Shown: one piece after another, positions 1 to 15,120 of the stretch
Numbering within the stretch: position 1 is the first letter of the stretch
How the letters are laid out: the number at the start of each line of letters is the position of its first letter
From: the human T2T-CHM13v2.0 reference genome, Homo sapiens
Assembly: GCF_009914755.1 (NCBI RefSeq)
Contig: NC_060926.1
Direction: 5' to 3' (one strand)
Length of the DNA stretch: 64,000 nucleotides
Position numbers and translations under genes: made by a program
Notes under the pieces: generated by a model
Told to the model about the DNA's origin: nothing
Database searches by the model: none
Seen by the model: the letters and a program-made list of their open reading frames with translations, nothing else

Positions 1-652
1 ATACCCTAAGAATCTACAATGAAAGCAGAAATTAGTAAAAATAAAATAAATGTAAAAAAATAAAAAATACTTTAAGCAAAGCAAGCCACATATAGGAACC
101 AAGAGGATCCTTACAAAGATTGCTTCTTCCTCTGGAGCAGACACCCACCAAGCCGACAACCACAAGTAAGTTTCCTTGCAATTTTAAAAGCCAAGGATTT
201 GCCACACTTTTGTAGACCTCACATAAGCTCTTCATTGCACGTGGGAAACCTATGAACACTTTATTTCCGCTCACAACTTCCTGTCTGGATGTTGGCATTC
301 AGGGGGCCTGGGAAGGGGTTGGTGGGTGCAGGGCCCCCCATGCTCTGTGGCTGCCAGATAAGGCCTCGTTTGTTATAATGAAGTGAATCAAGCTGGCCGA
401 TAAGCCTAAGTTCCCTTCTCTTTTTTTCCCCAGGAGAAGTTAGACTCCTCAAGTGTGGGGTCTAGATTTGCTGGAAGGATGCTTAGCTGAACGTAGTCCA
501 CAGAGAAGGATGGGGAAGATCTTTGTTTTCTAGACCTGTGACTTTTCTAATTTAAGTGGCTAACATATGATCTTTTTAAGGAAAGAGGTCTTTACACCAG
601 CTTGGACTGCAGAGGAAAACTGGGAATTCCTTGGCAGAAAATCTCTATTCGA

Positions 653-1175
<523 letters not shown>

Positions 1176-1187
1176 CTTCTATTTTAA

Positions 1188-1563
<376 letters not shown>

Positions 1564-1584
1564 TGAAATGGAAACTCCTAGGCT

Positions 1585-1869
1585 GGTCTGAATGACAGCA
1601 GTGTAGCGTGGCCATAGGCAGAAGAGCCAGGCTGTGGAGGTGGCTGGAATTTGGTCCCAACCTTGACCAGGTACACCCTGGGTCTGAGTGACAGCAGCGT
1701 AGCGTGGCCATAGGCAGAAGAGCCAGGCTGTGGAGGTGGCTGGAATTTGGTCCCAACCTTGACCAGGTACACCCTGGGTCTGAGTGACAGTGGCATAGCG
1801 TGGCCATAGGCAGAAGAGCCAGGCTGTGGAGGTGGCTGGAATTTGGTCCCAACCTTGACCAGGTACACC
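1585..1869. repeat. 96-bp unit tandem repeat, ~3 near-identical copies
   Basis: ggtctg unit starts at 1585, 1681 and 1777. Confidence 0.95.
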
Positions 1870-2393
1870 TTAACAGTGAGCCAGGAAGGCTGCCCTACTT
1901 CCTGGAGGCTCAAGGTCTTGATATCTGAGATGGGGCCAATGCTAACATCTAAACTCTTAAAGTTATTGTGAAGATTAAAAGAGATAATGAATAAAATGTC
2001 TTTTACCCCCAAACACTGATGACCTCCTCCCTCACCCCCTTTTCCTCTTTTTAATTATCTTTCCAGCCTTTTTCTTGCTTCTTAATTCATTGAGGTTATA
2101 CTTAGAGGAAGGCCCTAGACACGAGGGGACCGTGTTGAATTCCATGAGGTTCCAGTCCTCAAGGAGAACATCTCCTGGGGAAAACGCACAAGTGAATGGA
2201 AGGATGGGGTACACAGGCTGTCCACGGGCTCAGAGGAGGACCAACTAACCTGGCAGTTCCCACTGTCCTTCTGGGCCTGGGTGACTCCTTTCCTAGCTTT
2301 GTGTCTACAGTTTTATTCATACCTATTGTCTGTCTTGCAAGGAATATCCTTCAGGCATTTTGGGGAAATGGGTGTGTGCACAAAGAGAGGGAG

Positions 2394-2397
<4 letters not shown>

Positions 2398-2428
<31 letters not shown>
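2398..2428. repeat. (GA)n microsatellite
   Basis: Seen directly. Confidence 0.95.
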
Positions 2429-2432
<4 letters not shown>

Positions 2433-3687
2433 TAATCCTCTGTTCCCTGACCACCCAGGGCTCCAAGGAGAAATGGAACAGGACATGGCAGCCACTGTCC
2501 TTCCACTCCTGGAAGCACATGACAGTTGTCCAGAGAGCGGGTCAAGAGCCATTCGTGGGTGACAACAAAGGACTCCAGTGCAGGGAAGAAAGGCAAGCAG
2601 GATAGTTCTTATGATGTGTGGGTCACTTCACGGTCAAGGCCTCCGAAGGGAAGAGGATTCAGCTGGGTTTGTATACAGAAAGGAGGTTCCAACAGGCTAA
2701 TGCTGGTGAACCCTCAACCCCTCCTTTGGGTCTTTAGAGGGACCCGGAAGTGGCTACCTAGGTATTGGGCAGACTGGGTCCTCAGCCAGTCCTGGCCCCA
2801 CCAAGGTGAGCCGCAGGGGCTGTGGCCAGGATTCGGGGGCCTTCTCTCCACCCAGCCTTTTGGGCCTTCAAGGGCTGAAGCAGCAGCGGGGCAGGCCACG
2901 CCCAGTGGATACGGCTTATCAAGTGCCTGGCCCCCATCTCTCTCCTGAGCACAAAAGCCTCTTGTGTGGCTGAGTGCAGAGAGCGGACACAGGCCATCCT
3001 CTCTTCTCCTTGTCATTAATGTAATCGATTTGATCTTGAGGGTGGTTTTGTTTCAGTCTTTCAAGGGGTGAGGGGGACAGAGGGTGGCATTTCTTCTGAC
3101 TTTGAAGAGCAGAATGAAAGGGTTAAGCAGGAAAATTAAGCCCCGGAAAAAGATGCATCTGGGATCCTCTCTACCTTGTCAGAAAAGAATTTATGCTCAG
3201 ACCTACAGGAAATTCACCTATTCTTTGGAAAGAAAGTGATTTTGTTATCATTATTGCTACTACTAATATGATTATACTTGTTTACATTTATTTATGTACA
3301 TCTTACCTCTTTTTCAAAAGGATTTTAACATACCAGTAAAACAGGTTTACAATGATTAAATAAAGGAATGATGGTCAAGAGAAAATAAGGATAGAAAAAC
3401 TAAGGTGATAACAGGTAAAAAGTTAGAAGTTAACATTTCCCCTCTGAGGGCCTGGGGAATGACTAGATGTGGACAAGGACTCAGTTCTGAGCTTCCTAGC
3501 AGCCACATTAATGAGGGAAACACTCACATGGTTCACAGCATCAGCAAGAAGCAAGCTGTGTCAGTAAAAGACAGCACTGTGTGATGTATCAAAAATATGT
3601 ATTATCAATAAAATCCCTCTATAGATTTGAATATTAGAAGATATGGCCCTTTGGGAACTCCCAGCTACCTCTAGAACAGCATTTTCT

Positions 3688-3999
3688 GTTTGTTTGGTGT
3701 GTTTTTTTTTTTTTTTTTTTTTTTGAGACAGAGTCTTGCTCTGTCTCTGTGGCCCAGGCTGGAGTGCAGTGGTGGGATCTCGGCTTACTGCAACCTCCAC
3801 CTCCTGGGTTCAAATTATTCTCCTGAGTAGCTGGGATTACAGGTGCCTGCCTCCATGCCTGGCCAATTTTTTGTATTTTTAGTAGCGACGGGGTTTCACC
3901 ATGCTGGCCAGGCTGGTCTCGAACTCCTGACTTCAAGCAATTGCCCACCTTGGCCTCCCAAAGTTCAGGGATTACAGGTGTGAGCCACCATGCCAGGCC
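3688..3999 (-). mobile_element. AluS
   Basis: Dimeric Alu with TSD tagaaca(g/a)cattttct. Confidence 0.95.
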
Positions 4000-4015
4000 T
4001 AGAACAACATTTTCT

Positions 4016-4617
<602 letters not shown>

Positions 4618-5536
4618 CACGTTCTTTCTGGTTCCAATTTCCACACACACATACCAAACAGGTTCTATCTCTTTGGGAGAGTTATGGTGCGCCTATGAGT
4701 CCCTTGCCATTTTCCACCTCTGCCTCCCTCAGGGGCTGGACTCCACTCAGCCAGAATGCTAGAAGCCAGCTGGGCTCTGATCTGAGGCACCTGCACCCTG
4801 GAGAGACAGAGCAAGACCTCGGGGCCTTTGCACAGCCTTCCAAACCGAGCACCCACAAGATGAATGGATCTTTCATTTCTAATATTTATCCCCTCTCATT
4901 GCATAATACCTATGCCAACGAATTTTTGTTCTATTTTACCGAAGACTTCCCAGTGAACCCAAGGGCTCTGGGGTAGGGGTGGGTAGTCCCACGGCACGGG
5001 TACCAGGCAATTACATTACAGCATGATAAATACAGATATCTCTGGGCTCTTGGGAGAAACAGAGCCCTGTGTTTCCAGGTAGGTAGGCTTCCTGGAGGAG
5101 TTGACACTTTAACAGAGATTTAAAGGATTGGCACAAGCTATATGGAAGAGGAGGTGTGGGGTTGCATTTGAGGCCTGGATGGAACAAATGGTCAGAATTG
5201 GCTCTGGGTAGAACAAATGGTGGGGCAGAGGGTGAGGCTGGGGAGCAGGAGGAAGCCAGCCCCGCAGGAGGCAGCATGAGCTTCCTGGCCACGGTCCTGA
5301 GGAAAGGCATCAAGGGACCTCCGGGGAGCATGGCAGGGCTTTCCTGTTAGAGCCTCCTGATGATGATGGACTGTGGTGTAGAAGGATGCATGCCAGCCGT
5401 GGGCTGAGGCTGTGATCCACAGAGATGAGAACCCACCCAGGGCAGCAGCTTTGGGGCTCATGGCAGAGCCTCCGCCCTCGGCTCCAGTGGGATAATAGGG
5501 CGACATGACAAGCTCTTCGTGCTCCCTGGAGGCTTG

Positions 5537-5554
5537 GTGCTCCCCCTGGCTGGA
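5537..5554 (-). promoter_or_regulatory. Candidate CTCF motif
   Basis: Reverse complement TCCAGCCAGGGGGAGCAC versus core consensus CCASYAGRKGGCRS; motif match only. Confidence 0.35.
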
Positions 5555-6479
5555 TGTCAGAACAAATTAAGGGCACTTGTCTCACAAGCCCCACCTGGCC
5601 GGCAGCGTCGTGGGGCCGGCTGGCAGGGGAAATGTGTCACCAGCAGCATCTTGGACCTTGGCCATTGGCCTCAGAGCAAGAAAAGCTCTCTCTGCCCTGC
5701 CTGTTTAGTGAACAATGTACAGGAGTACAAGAGACTCTATGGCAACCAAAGACCTGTGTCAGGGTCATGGTTCGAGGTTTTCTGTGCTCACTAATGTGGA
5801 AAACAGAAGCCTCATGCTACATCAGCATCGCGGCTGGTTTACATAAGCAGTCGGAGGCTGCACAGAGCCAGAGCTGGAGCTGGGGCCGGGGCAGCTCCAC
5901 ATCTTGCATTTGCATGTTGCTAAGTGTGCATGTGTACATGATCTCCTTTGACTTCACAATACCCTGTAACTCTGGGATTCCTTGTTATCCCCATTTTACA
6001 GACAAGGAAACCCTGTAGGTTCCAGGGAGGGGCAAGGACTTACCCAAAGTCTGATTCTAACTTCAGTGCTCTCTTGAATTGACTAGATGTGGAGGCGTCT
6101 CAGAGCTTGGTGTAACGTGAGCTGGTGGGCAGAGTCCCCTTCCCCACCAGTGTCTCCCTGAGTCCTGATGCCAGGAGGGCAGGGCCCCCTAAGGTAGGGC
6201 ACCTTGAATGCATCCTGGGCTGATTCTGGGGTCTGAGGACCAAATGGCTGGGAATGAAACAGGGACAATGAGTTGGATGTTTTCATCCAGTGCTTGGAAG
6301 CCGTCCTGGAGTTACCACTAACAGTGCTGAAGAGTGGAGAGCCTCTGGGTTCTGGAGAAACACCTGGGCCCATGCTGTCCCTTCTTCCTGAAAGCTCCTC
6401 TTCTCCTGTCCCTGCATGAGGCTTCGCCCCTTCACGCTTGAGCTAGCATATCCTGTTATCTGCAAAGTGTCTTGAATCT

Positions 6480-6712
6480 CTCATCTGGGCTGGGTGCCTC
6501 CACTCTGTCTGCTCACTGCTCTTGGGACACCCCTCCCACAGCGCTTATGCCACTCTCAGGTCACGGCTTCATTTGTGCTTTTCATTGCACGAAGACAGAG
6601 ACCTCCCATGGGCCCTCAGATGTGTCCCTAGCACCTAGTATTGTGCCTGGCACACAGAAGGCTCAACGAATATTTGATGAATGAGCAAAGGAAGAAATGA
6701 ACAAATGAAAGA
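6480..6712 (+). mobile_element. L2 3' end relic
   Basis: ccctagcacctagtattgtgcctggcacacagaaggctcaacgaatatttgatgaatga matches the L2 terminus. Confidence 0.7.
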
Positions 6713-7083
6713 TTTCCAATGGTAGAAAAACAGACATTAGGGCTCAGGAAAGCTTGCTCCATGGCTGGGGCAGCTGGGCTGGTGGTTCTAATTATGGGTA
6801 AATCTGAGCACTGGATCCCCTGAGCTCAACTGAGGTGTGCAGTGGCTCCTGGCATCTGCCTGCCAGTAGAAGCTTGTCAGGGTTCTAAGGCAAACAGTTA
6901 TTTTGTTGAATTATGCAAAGAGTCAGATTGTTTTAATTCCATGTAGATCTCAGCCAAAGCCTGGTGATGCTTTGAGAAGATGGAAATACAAATGGAATTC
7001 AGAAACAACTATTTTTTTAAAGTAATATGTGTTTGCTATAGAAATTTTAGAAATGCGGGTATACACAAAGGATCAAATAAATA

Positions 7084-7400
<317 letters not shown>

Positions 7401-7439
7401 TTAAATAAATAAAATGATTATCTCACCACCTGGTGGTAT

Positions 7440-7794
7440 TGCGCATTAGTAGCTGGGGCCACCTGTGCACTTTTCTTTGATTCCATGTGGCCCCTCCACA
7501 TGGTCTCTCCAGCACCGTGGCTTTAGGGTAGCCAGACTCCTTCAGTGGCAGCTCAGGGCTCCAAATATCCAGGTCCCAGTAAACAGACCCAGGTGGAAAC
7601 GGAAGTCACTCACTCATTTTTGCCAGATTTCATTGCTGGAGGGAGTTAGATAGTTCCACCCAGGTTCAAGGAGAGGGAGCATGAATCCCATGTCTCAATG
7701 GAGGCCTACTATCCACCCCAGTATAAGGAGAGTTTACCAGATGGGATATGAAATACATTGATGTGCTCATCTTTGGAAAAGATTACTTGTCACA
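7440..7794 (-). mobile_element. MLT1 (MaLR) LTR relic
   Basis: ggtagccagactcctt..tggcagctcagggctcc...cccaggttcaaggagaggg...tcttcaatgg-like motifs, ending tgtcaca. Confidence 0.65.
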
Positions 7795-7827
7795 ATTAAA
7801 TCTCAGTATTTACTATTACATTGTTAA

Positions 7828-8160
<333 letters not shown>

Positions 8161-8851
8161 GGAGTCCTTTATTGTTGCACTAAAGTCAAAAAAGAATTCT
8201 TGGCCAGACGATGTATAAGCATCTTACATTGTATGGTGTTTCTCAGGTTCCAAAAATCTTAGCAGAACTCATTTCATTCAGGGCTTACAGTTTCCTGGTG
8301 GGGATCATCAACCCCATCTTACAGTGATGGAAACAAGTCTAGAAGGGAATTAACAAAGATTTCTTCAGTGTCAGCAACTGATGGAGCTGGAAGTAGATCT
8401 AAATAGCCTGTTTCAAACCCAGAATTCTCTCCTGTACTCCAGGTAACGCCACTGGTTGTGGGCAAAATCCACCTGTGAGCCACAGTCTAGTCTTACGAAA
8501 TTGTAAAACGGATGCAGGGGGTGAAATTTCCTTTTTAATGTTTTAACTTTAGATTGGCCTTCTGCCTCTGACTCTAGAATGGTTTGTACTGAGTAAATAT
8601 TAACCCAGGGCTCCATGGCCAGTGTTTTATGAGCTGGTGGAATGCCCTGCAGCAGGGGCTGGGGAGAGGGGAATTGGCTGGCCCCACATTTGAAGATGGC
8701 ACCTGATGCTTGGGTCGGCAAATGTCTGAAAGGCTTTGCAGCTTGCTGGGCAGCCCAGGTGGGAACTTACCTCTTGGTGAAAGCATCAGGAATCTCCCAA
8801 TCCCTCAGGTAACCCCGATCCCTCAGAATAGATCAGATGATGGCCGGGACT

Positions 8852-9203
8852 TGTATTGGTTCATTTTCACACTGCTGATAGAGACATACCGGAGACTGGG
8901 TAATTTATAAAGAAAAAGATGTTTAATGAACTCACAGTTCCACGTGGCTGGGGAGGCCTCACAATCATGATGGAAGGCGATAGGCACGTCTTACATGGCA
9001 GCAGCAAGAGAGAATGAGAGAACCAAGTGAAAGGGATTTCCTCTTAGAAAACCATCAGATCTTGTGAGACTTATTCAGTACCATGAGAACAGCAGGGAGG
9101 AGCCTGCCCCCATGATTCAATTATCTCCCAACCCAGTCCCTCCCAATTATGAGAGCTACAATTCAAGATGAGATTTGGGTGGGGAAACAGCAAAACCATA
9201 TCA
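8852..9203 (-). mobile_element. THE1B/C solo LTR (MaLR)
   Basis: TG...CA termini (tgtattggtt...aaaccatatca); 5-bp TSD ggact at 8847-8851 and 9204-9208. Confidence 0.92.
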
Positions 9204-9247
9204 GGACTCTTTAAAGACCTCTGTAGGCCTTCAGCATTCTTTTATTC

Positions 9248-9557
9248 TTTTTTTTTTTTTTTTGAGATGGAGTTTTGCTCTTGTTGCCCAGGCAACAAGC
9301 ATGCACACACGTGCAATGGCATGATCTTGGCACACCGCAACTTCCACCTCCAGGGTTCAAGTGATTCACCTGCCTCAGCCTTCCAAGTAGCTGGGATTAC
9401 CTGCATGTGCTACCACACTGGATAATTTTGTATTTTTATTAGAGACGGGGTTTCTCCATGTTGGTCAAGCTGGCCTCGAACTCCCAACCTCAGGTGATCC
9501 ACCTGCCTCGGCCTCCCAAAGTGCTGGGATTACAGGCTTGAGCCACTGTGCCTGGCC
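9248..9557 (-). mobile_element. AluS with a small internal fold-back insertion
   Basis: Full dimer, TSD agcattctt. Confidence 0.93.
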
Positions 9558-9666
9558 TAGCATTCTTATTTTTGGAGACCCTGCCCAACATCACATCAAA
9601 TATGTTATGATATACTTACATCGCACATCATGTTATTTATTTATTTTTGCTTTAGTAAAAGCTTAA

Positions 9667-9815
<149 letters not shown>

Positions 9816-10111
9816 TTTTTTTTTTTTTTAAGTTTAAAAGAACTTTTGTAACTTTGCCTTTGAAATTATTTGGCTATAGATACTTTACTTTCACAGAAAG
9901 TTTTAAAAATTTTCTCAGCCTATTTGGGTACTCATGCAAAGTAATGAAATATAATCAACAAACTGTTTTTGAATGTAATGAAATTTTCATGAATGATAAA
10001 TTCATCAATTCAGGAAGTGGCATATGAAAGAACTTTACATTTCTCAGACATTTGACTTACCATCCATCTGCTTTGACCTTGCAGTTTTCATTTTGTGTTG
10101 CAGGGCCAATC

Positions 10112-10409
<298 letters not shown>

Positions 10410-11384
10410 CAGGGCCAATTATTTTTTGTTTTCAGATCTCAAATAATTTTGCAGGACTCTAAAGAGCTGATAGCCCGGTCCTGTAGCTCTAGGGCCTAAC
10501 AGATAAGATGACTCTGATTGTAATGATGCTGGTATTTCCTTGATATGAAGAGCCCCAAAGTCTCTATAGTTGTGTCTCCAAAGTGGCAAAGTGGAAGCCA
10601 CATAAAGAAATCACTCCCCATTACCAATTATCTTTTCAAGTGTGTCACGTACACTGCTCTGCTGCTGCTCTGTACATGGAACATATTGGGCAGGGATGAT
10701 TACCAAATAATTCTGGAGGCTCATGGCTTTGAAACACCAATGAGACAGAGAACTTGATGGTGGAAAAACTCTTCCCGAGAAGAAAATAGGCCATAGATGG
10801 GACTTGCCCAAGTCTTCCTTAGGGAGTGGGAAAGATAAGGGAGCTCACATTGCCAAAAACCCAACCCAACCCATGGTGTACTGGGGATTTTAGGAATTTC
10901 ATTTGTCCCTCTGATATCTTTTCAAAGTGAAGATTCACCCCATTCTACAGAATAGACCACTGAGGCTCAGAAAGGCCAATACTTGACCCCAGTGATACAG
11001 GGACAAGATCTCGGATCTGCCTAATTCTAAGGCTCTGCTTTCTCTTCCTGCCATTGTGGATGGACAGAAGTGTGTGACATTTTTAGAGGAAATGAGCACT
11101 ATGCTGTGTAGTTTGTGCTTGGAATACCAGCAGGATTAAGAAAATTGCAGGACTGATACCTTTTAGAATTTTCCATTTGCAAAAGCCACAATCCTGTAAC
11201 AAACATCCCTACAACAAAAACTCAAGATGAAAGAGCCAGAGAGAAGCAAATTAAAGGCTTGGAAAGATGCAAATCAAGTCTTTGTCTAGAGTAGTGGAGC
11301 CAAGAACCTGGTGGCTTTACTCAACAGGTATTCACTGAGCACCTACTCTGTGTAGGAGACCCTGAGAGATGATAACCTCTCAGT

Positions 11385-11529
11385 CTTTTTTCTTTTTTCC
11401 TTTAAATAGGGATGGGTTCTCGCTATGTTAACCAGGCTGGACTTGAACTCCTGGACTCAAGTGATTCTTGCCAGAACTCCTGGCCTCCCAGAGTGCTGGG
11501 ATTACAGGTATGAGCCACCATACTTGGCC
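11385..11529 (-). mobile_element. FLAM (Alu left monomer)
   Basis: Monomer with TSD aacctctcagtctt. Confidence 0.85.
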
Positions 11530-14399
11530 AACCTCTCAGTCTTAAGTCCTCTGTTACATGTAGACACCAAGGTGCAGTGGAGAGAGAGGCTGCAGAAGAG
11601 TTGGCCTATGACACAGAAGATTGGAATTCACAAACTTTCCACTCCCTGGCAGTGTGGCCTTAGACAAATGAGTGCATCTCTGAGCCTTAGCTAACTATTT
11701 GGTAAGATACAGGTGACCATTCTTGCTCAGTCTACCTCATGGGCCTGTGATATTCTCAAAGGTCCCTGGTAAACAGGTGTGTGGAGAGTCCTCATTATGA
11801 CTCCCCCTAGAGTAGGCCCTTTTAGAGGGCAGGAGTGTCTGTGTCTCTGTCTTCAGCACAGGCCTGGCAGACAGCACATGGGCCCTTGTGAGTGTGGGAG
11901 GCAATCTCCTAAATCTTAGCTGAAATACAACATTCGTCAGGATCTTCCTGCTCTGTTCACACCTTACACATGAATCCAACCTCATGGTGCACTGACCAGG
12001 GCTCTCTTCTTTGAACCTGCAGAAGATGCTTCATTAAAGGTCAACTTTGTTTGCAAAATAACTTTATGGCTCTTTCTGTAAAAGCTGAAGGACTCCAGTG
12101 GTCATCTCACTGAAAAGGAAGTTTCTTCCCTAGCAGCTGAGTCTTCACAAATAATATTCTCTTTCAATTCACACCGCAGATTAGGCAAGGATCCTTTGTA
12201 ACTCCCAGTACCACAGGTCTGAAAGGGCCCTTGGAGGTCACATATTCTTATTCCTTTATTTTGCAGATGAGTTTGCTGCAGAGTGCAGAGGAACTTGCTG
12301 CAGGTCATAGATCAGGGCTGGTCTTAGAGTTATGTGTCCTTCCTTCAACTTGATGAAAACAACTCTCCCGGCACTTCTCTGGAGCAAAGCCGGCGGTCCT
12401 CCTTGGATACGGTGAGCCACCAAGCTGGGCTCTAAAGCAGGTGGACAAGTTCAGGGCCCCCTGTTAGGATGGGTTCACAGTCATTCCGAGGCTTTTGCAA
12501 GTGTTTTTCTGGTGCAGGGCTCTGCACTGGCTCTCCAAAGAGAGACACAAAATGGCTATTTTCGCAGATACACTCATGGTGGGAATGGCCGTCAGCCAAA
12601 ATGCCCCGATGTGCTTCTCAGAGTGTGTGATAGACCTCCCTTCCTCCCCCAGCCATGAACTCGCAGGGCCATGGGAGAAGATGGGTGTCCTGCAGGTCAG
12701 GGCTGAGAACAGTGGCTGACTGATGGCGACAAGGGCAGTCCTGAGTGGCCTGCACAGCACCTAGATCTGGAACCCAGAGGAGTTGTTGGCTGCAACAGCA
12801 GATTAGTCAAACTCCCAGATGGCATCTCTGAGCAGGGAGTTTGAGGTAAAAAGGCCTGGACTTCCTTCCTTCTTCACTAAAACAGGACTGGAGAATGAGG
12901 TCCTTGCACTGTAATTATACTCTGGCAGGAAACAAATAACTAAGGCATTTCTCTAAGTGAGGAAGGAAGGAAAACATCCAAGGCTCTGGGGATCCTTCAG
13001 CTTCTGCTCTTGTGGCATTGGAATAATAAGAACAACCATCTACTCTTCAATCTTTGCCAAGCCCCATGAAGTAGGTATTTTCCACCTTAGTCTACAGATG
13101 CAGGAATGGTGGGTTGCCCACAGCTGCAATGCTGGTCAGTGGTGTCACAGAGCTGGGACTGAATTGTACTTGTGCCCAACTCAGAAGCCCCGCAGGTCTC
13201 TCTGCCTCACCTGCTGTTATGTGGAGGGGGCACTTTCTCTTATGAGCTCAGCGTAGTCACAGGTGCACAGCGATGCCCAACCAGGAGGCAGAAGTCCACC
13301 CTTCACTTTCCCTGACAATTTGAGTGCCTGGGTGCACTCAAGGAAAGGGCTCCTGTTCCTTTATACAAAAGTGCTGTCTGTTCACAAGCCATGCCTCCTG
13401 GGGCTGCACCCACCCCACAGGGGCGCCTTTTTTCTAATTCACATGGAGGGACCAAGTAGACTAGTGGTGGCCTTATATTAGCTGTTGTCAATTGAACTTC
13501 TTTGGGCCTGAGTTTTTTTCTCATAAGAAGTGAGGCTCTTAGGATGCCTTCTTACTTACAAAGTAAGTGTTGGGGCTTACTTACAAACACCTGCAGGTTG
13601 GCAGATGTTTGTAGGCCGGCGTGTGTGTGTACGAATGAGAAGCATCCCTTCTTAGACTCCTGTCTCCCTGGGCTCACGGTACTTCTACTGGTCATCCCAG
13701 TTCCTGGGTTGGGGTTCACCCAACACAGGCTGCCTCAGCCTGAACTTTGCGGTGATGGATTGGTGACCAGGCCCTCACCACAGGGCTTCCAGGGACCACC
13801 AGTCTCTGGTGTAGGCATGTACTAGGAGGAAGGGATTGAGCAACCAGCTGCCCTGTGCTCTGTAAGGACCCATGGTGCACCCCCACTGCAGCCACTCTGG
13901 GGATGGACCCTAACCCGTCTCTTTCTCACTGTCTGGCTTTTGTAAATATCCCTGGCCTCTTCTTTGCCCAGCAGATTCCTGTTCTGCTTCCTCTGTCCCA
14001 TGCTGAGCACACAGCATGGAGTGCAGCCCTGGGCGCACAGTAGGCGCTCTGCCCTGCTCCCTGAACTAGTGGTCAGGTGAACGAGCCCTGACTTTGCTCT
14101 GCCATTGCTGGGCTGTGTCCCTCGGATTGCTCCCCCCGTTCCCACACGCCTGGGCCCATTAAGCTTCCATCTCTCACCTCGTTATCGCCTGGGCTTGGGG
14201 GTTCTTGGCTGGGAGGTCCGAGGTGTCCCAGCTTCCCCCTAGGCAGAGCCCCTGCAGGTCTTATTTAGGGAAACCCCCACACGCAGAGGGGCATTTGTCT
14301 CAGTGGGTTGAAAAGGCTACTTTCCTCCAGCTCATTGATCAGATCCCAGAGAACAGTGGGGAGCCTGAGCCCAGGGGCCGAGGCATCTTGAGGGGCTGG

Positions 14400-14830
14400 G
14401 GCTTTCTGAGAGCCTTTATCTCAGCACAGGAGATAAGACTCCAGTGGCTGCAGGAGCCATAAAGCAAGGAGGGGCTGGCCGTTGAGGATCCCGGGGAGCC
14501 GGGCTTTGAACTCTGCCCTCATGGGGGTGGGAAGCCTTTATGGCTGGGCTGCTCTGGGGCCGAGGTGGGAGCAGAGCCATCACGGGAGAAAAGAGTCCCC
14601 AGAGCCGGCCCCCTGGCACCCAGACTGCACGGTGAGACAACGGAGCCCGGAGTGGTGGGACCAGCGGCGGAAACAGCGCTCCATCCGGGCTTTATTGACT
14701 TGTAAACGGTACCATTAAAGAGGAAGGCCTCACCTTGGCTGGAAGCAGCTGTGTGCGCTGCCGTAAATCTAGGGCGAGCTCTGAGGCTGCAGCCGGGCCT
14801 GGCAAATGCCAAGCATGCCCTGGGCAGAAG
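14400..14830. promoter_or_regulatory. Candidate enhancer or weak promoter (CpG-enriched, GATA plus CDX/posterior-HOX motifs)
   Basis: GATA at ~14416 and 14431; CCATAAA 14457; TTTATGG 14537; TTTATTG 14691; CCGTAAA 14761; locally raised CpG in non-repeat sequence. Confidence 0.4.
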
Positions 14831-14982
14831 GGGGTGCAGGCCAGGGATCCCCACCACACCCAGCTCCTAGCTCCACTGAGGGGCTGAGTATGGGAATTTA
14901 TAAGAAGGATGTTTACCAGGGGAAATATCAGTGGCTAATTAGACTTTGCAAATAAAAAAACTTTTCAAACTTTGTTTTCCAC

Positions 14983-15120
14983 TTTTTTTTTTTTTTTTTT
15001 TTTAAGAGAAGGGATCTCGCTTTATTGCTCAGGCTTGTCTCGAACTCCTAAACTCAAGCAATCCTCCCGTTTTGGCCTCTTGAACGCTAGGATTACAGAC
15101 GTGAGGCACAGCACCCAGCC
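14983..15120 (-). mobile_element. FLAM / Alu left monomer
   Basis: Poly-T followed by left-monomer sequence. Confidence 0.85.

Noticed and set aside
1585-1869. CRISPR-like array or repeat protein (ORFs 1487-1852 and 1578-2012)
   Set aside because: Contiguous tandem units with no unique spacers, eukaryotic context, and ORFs open only because the unit is 96 bp
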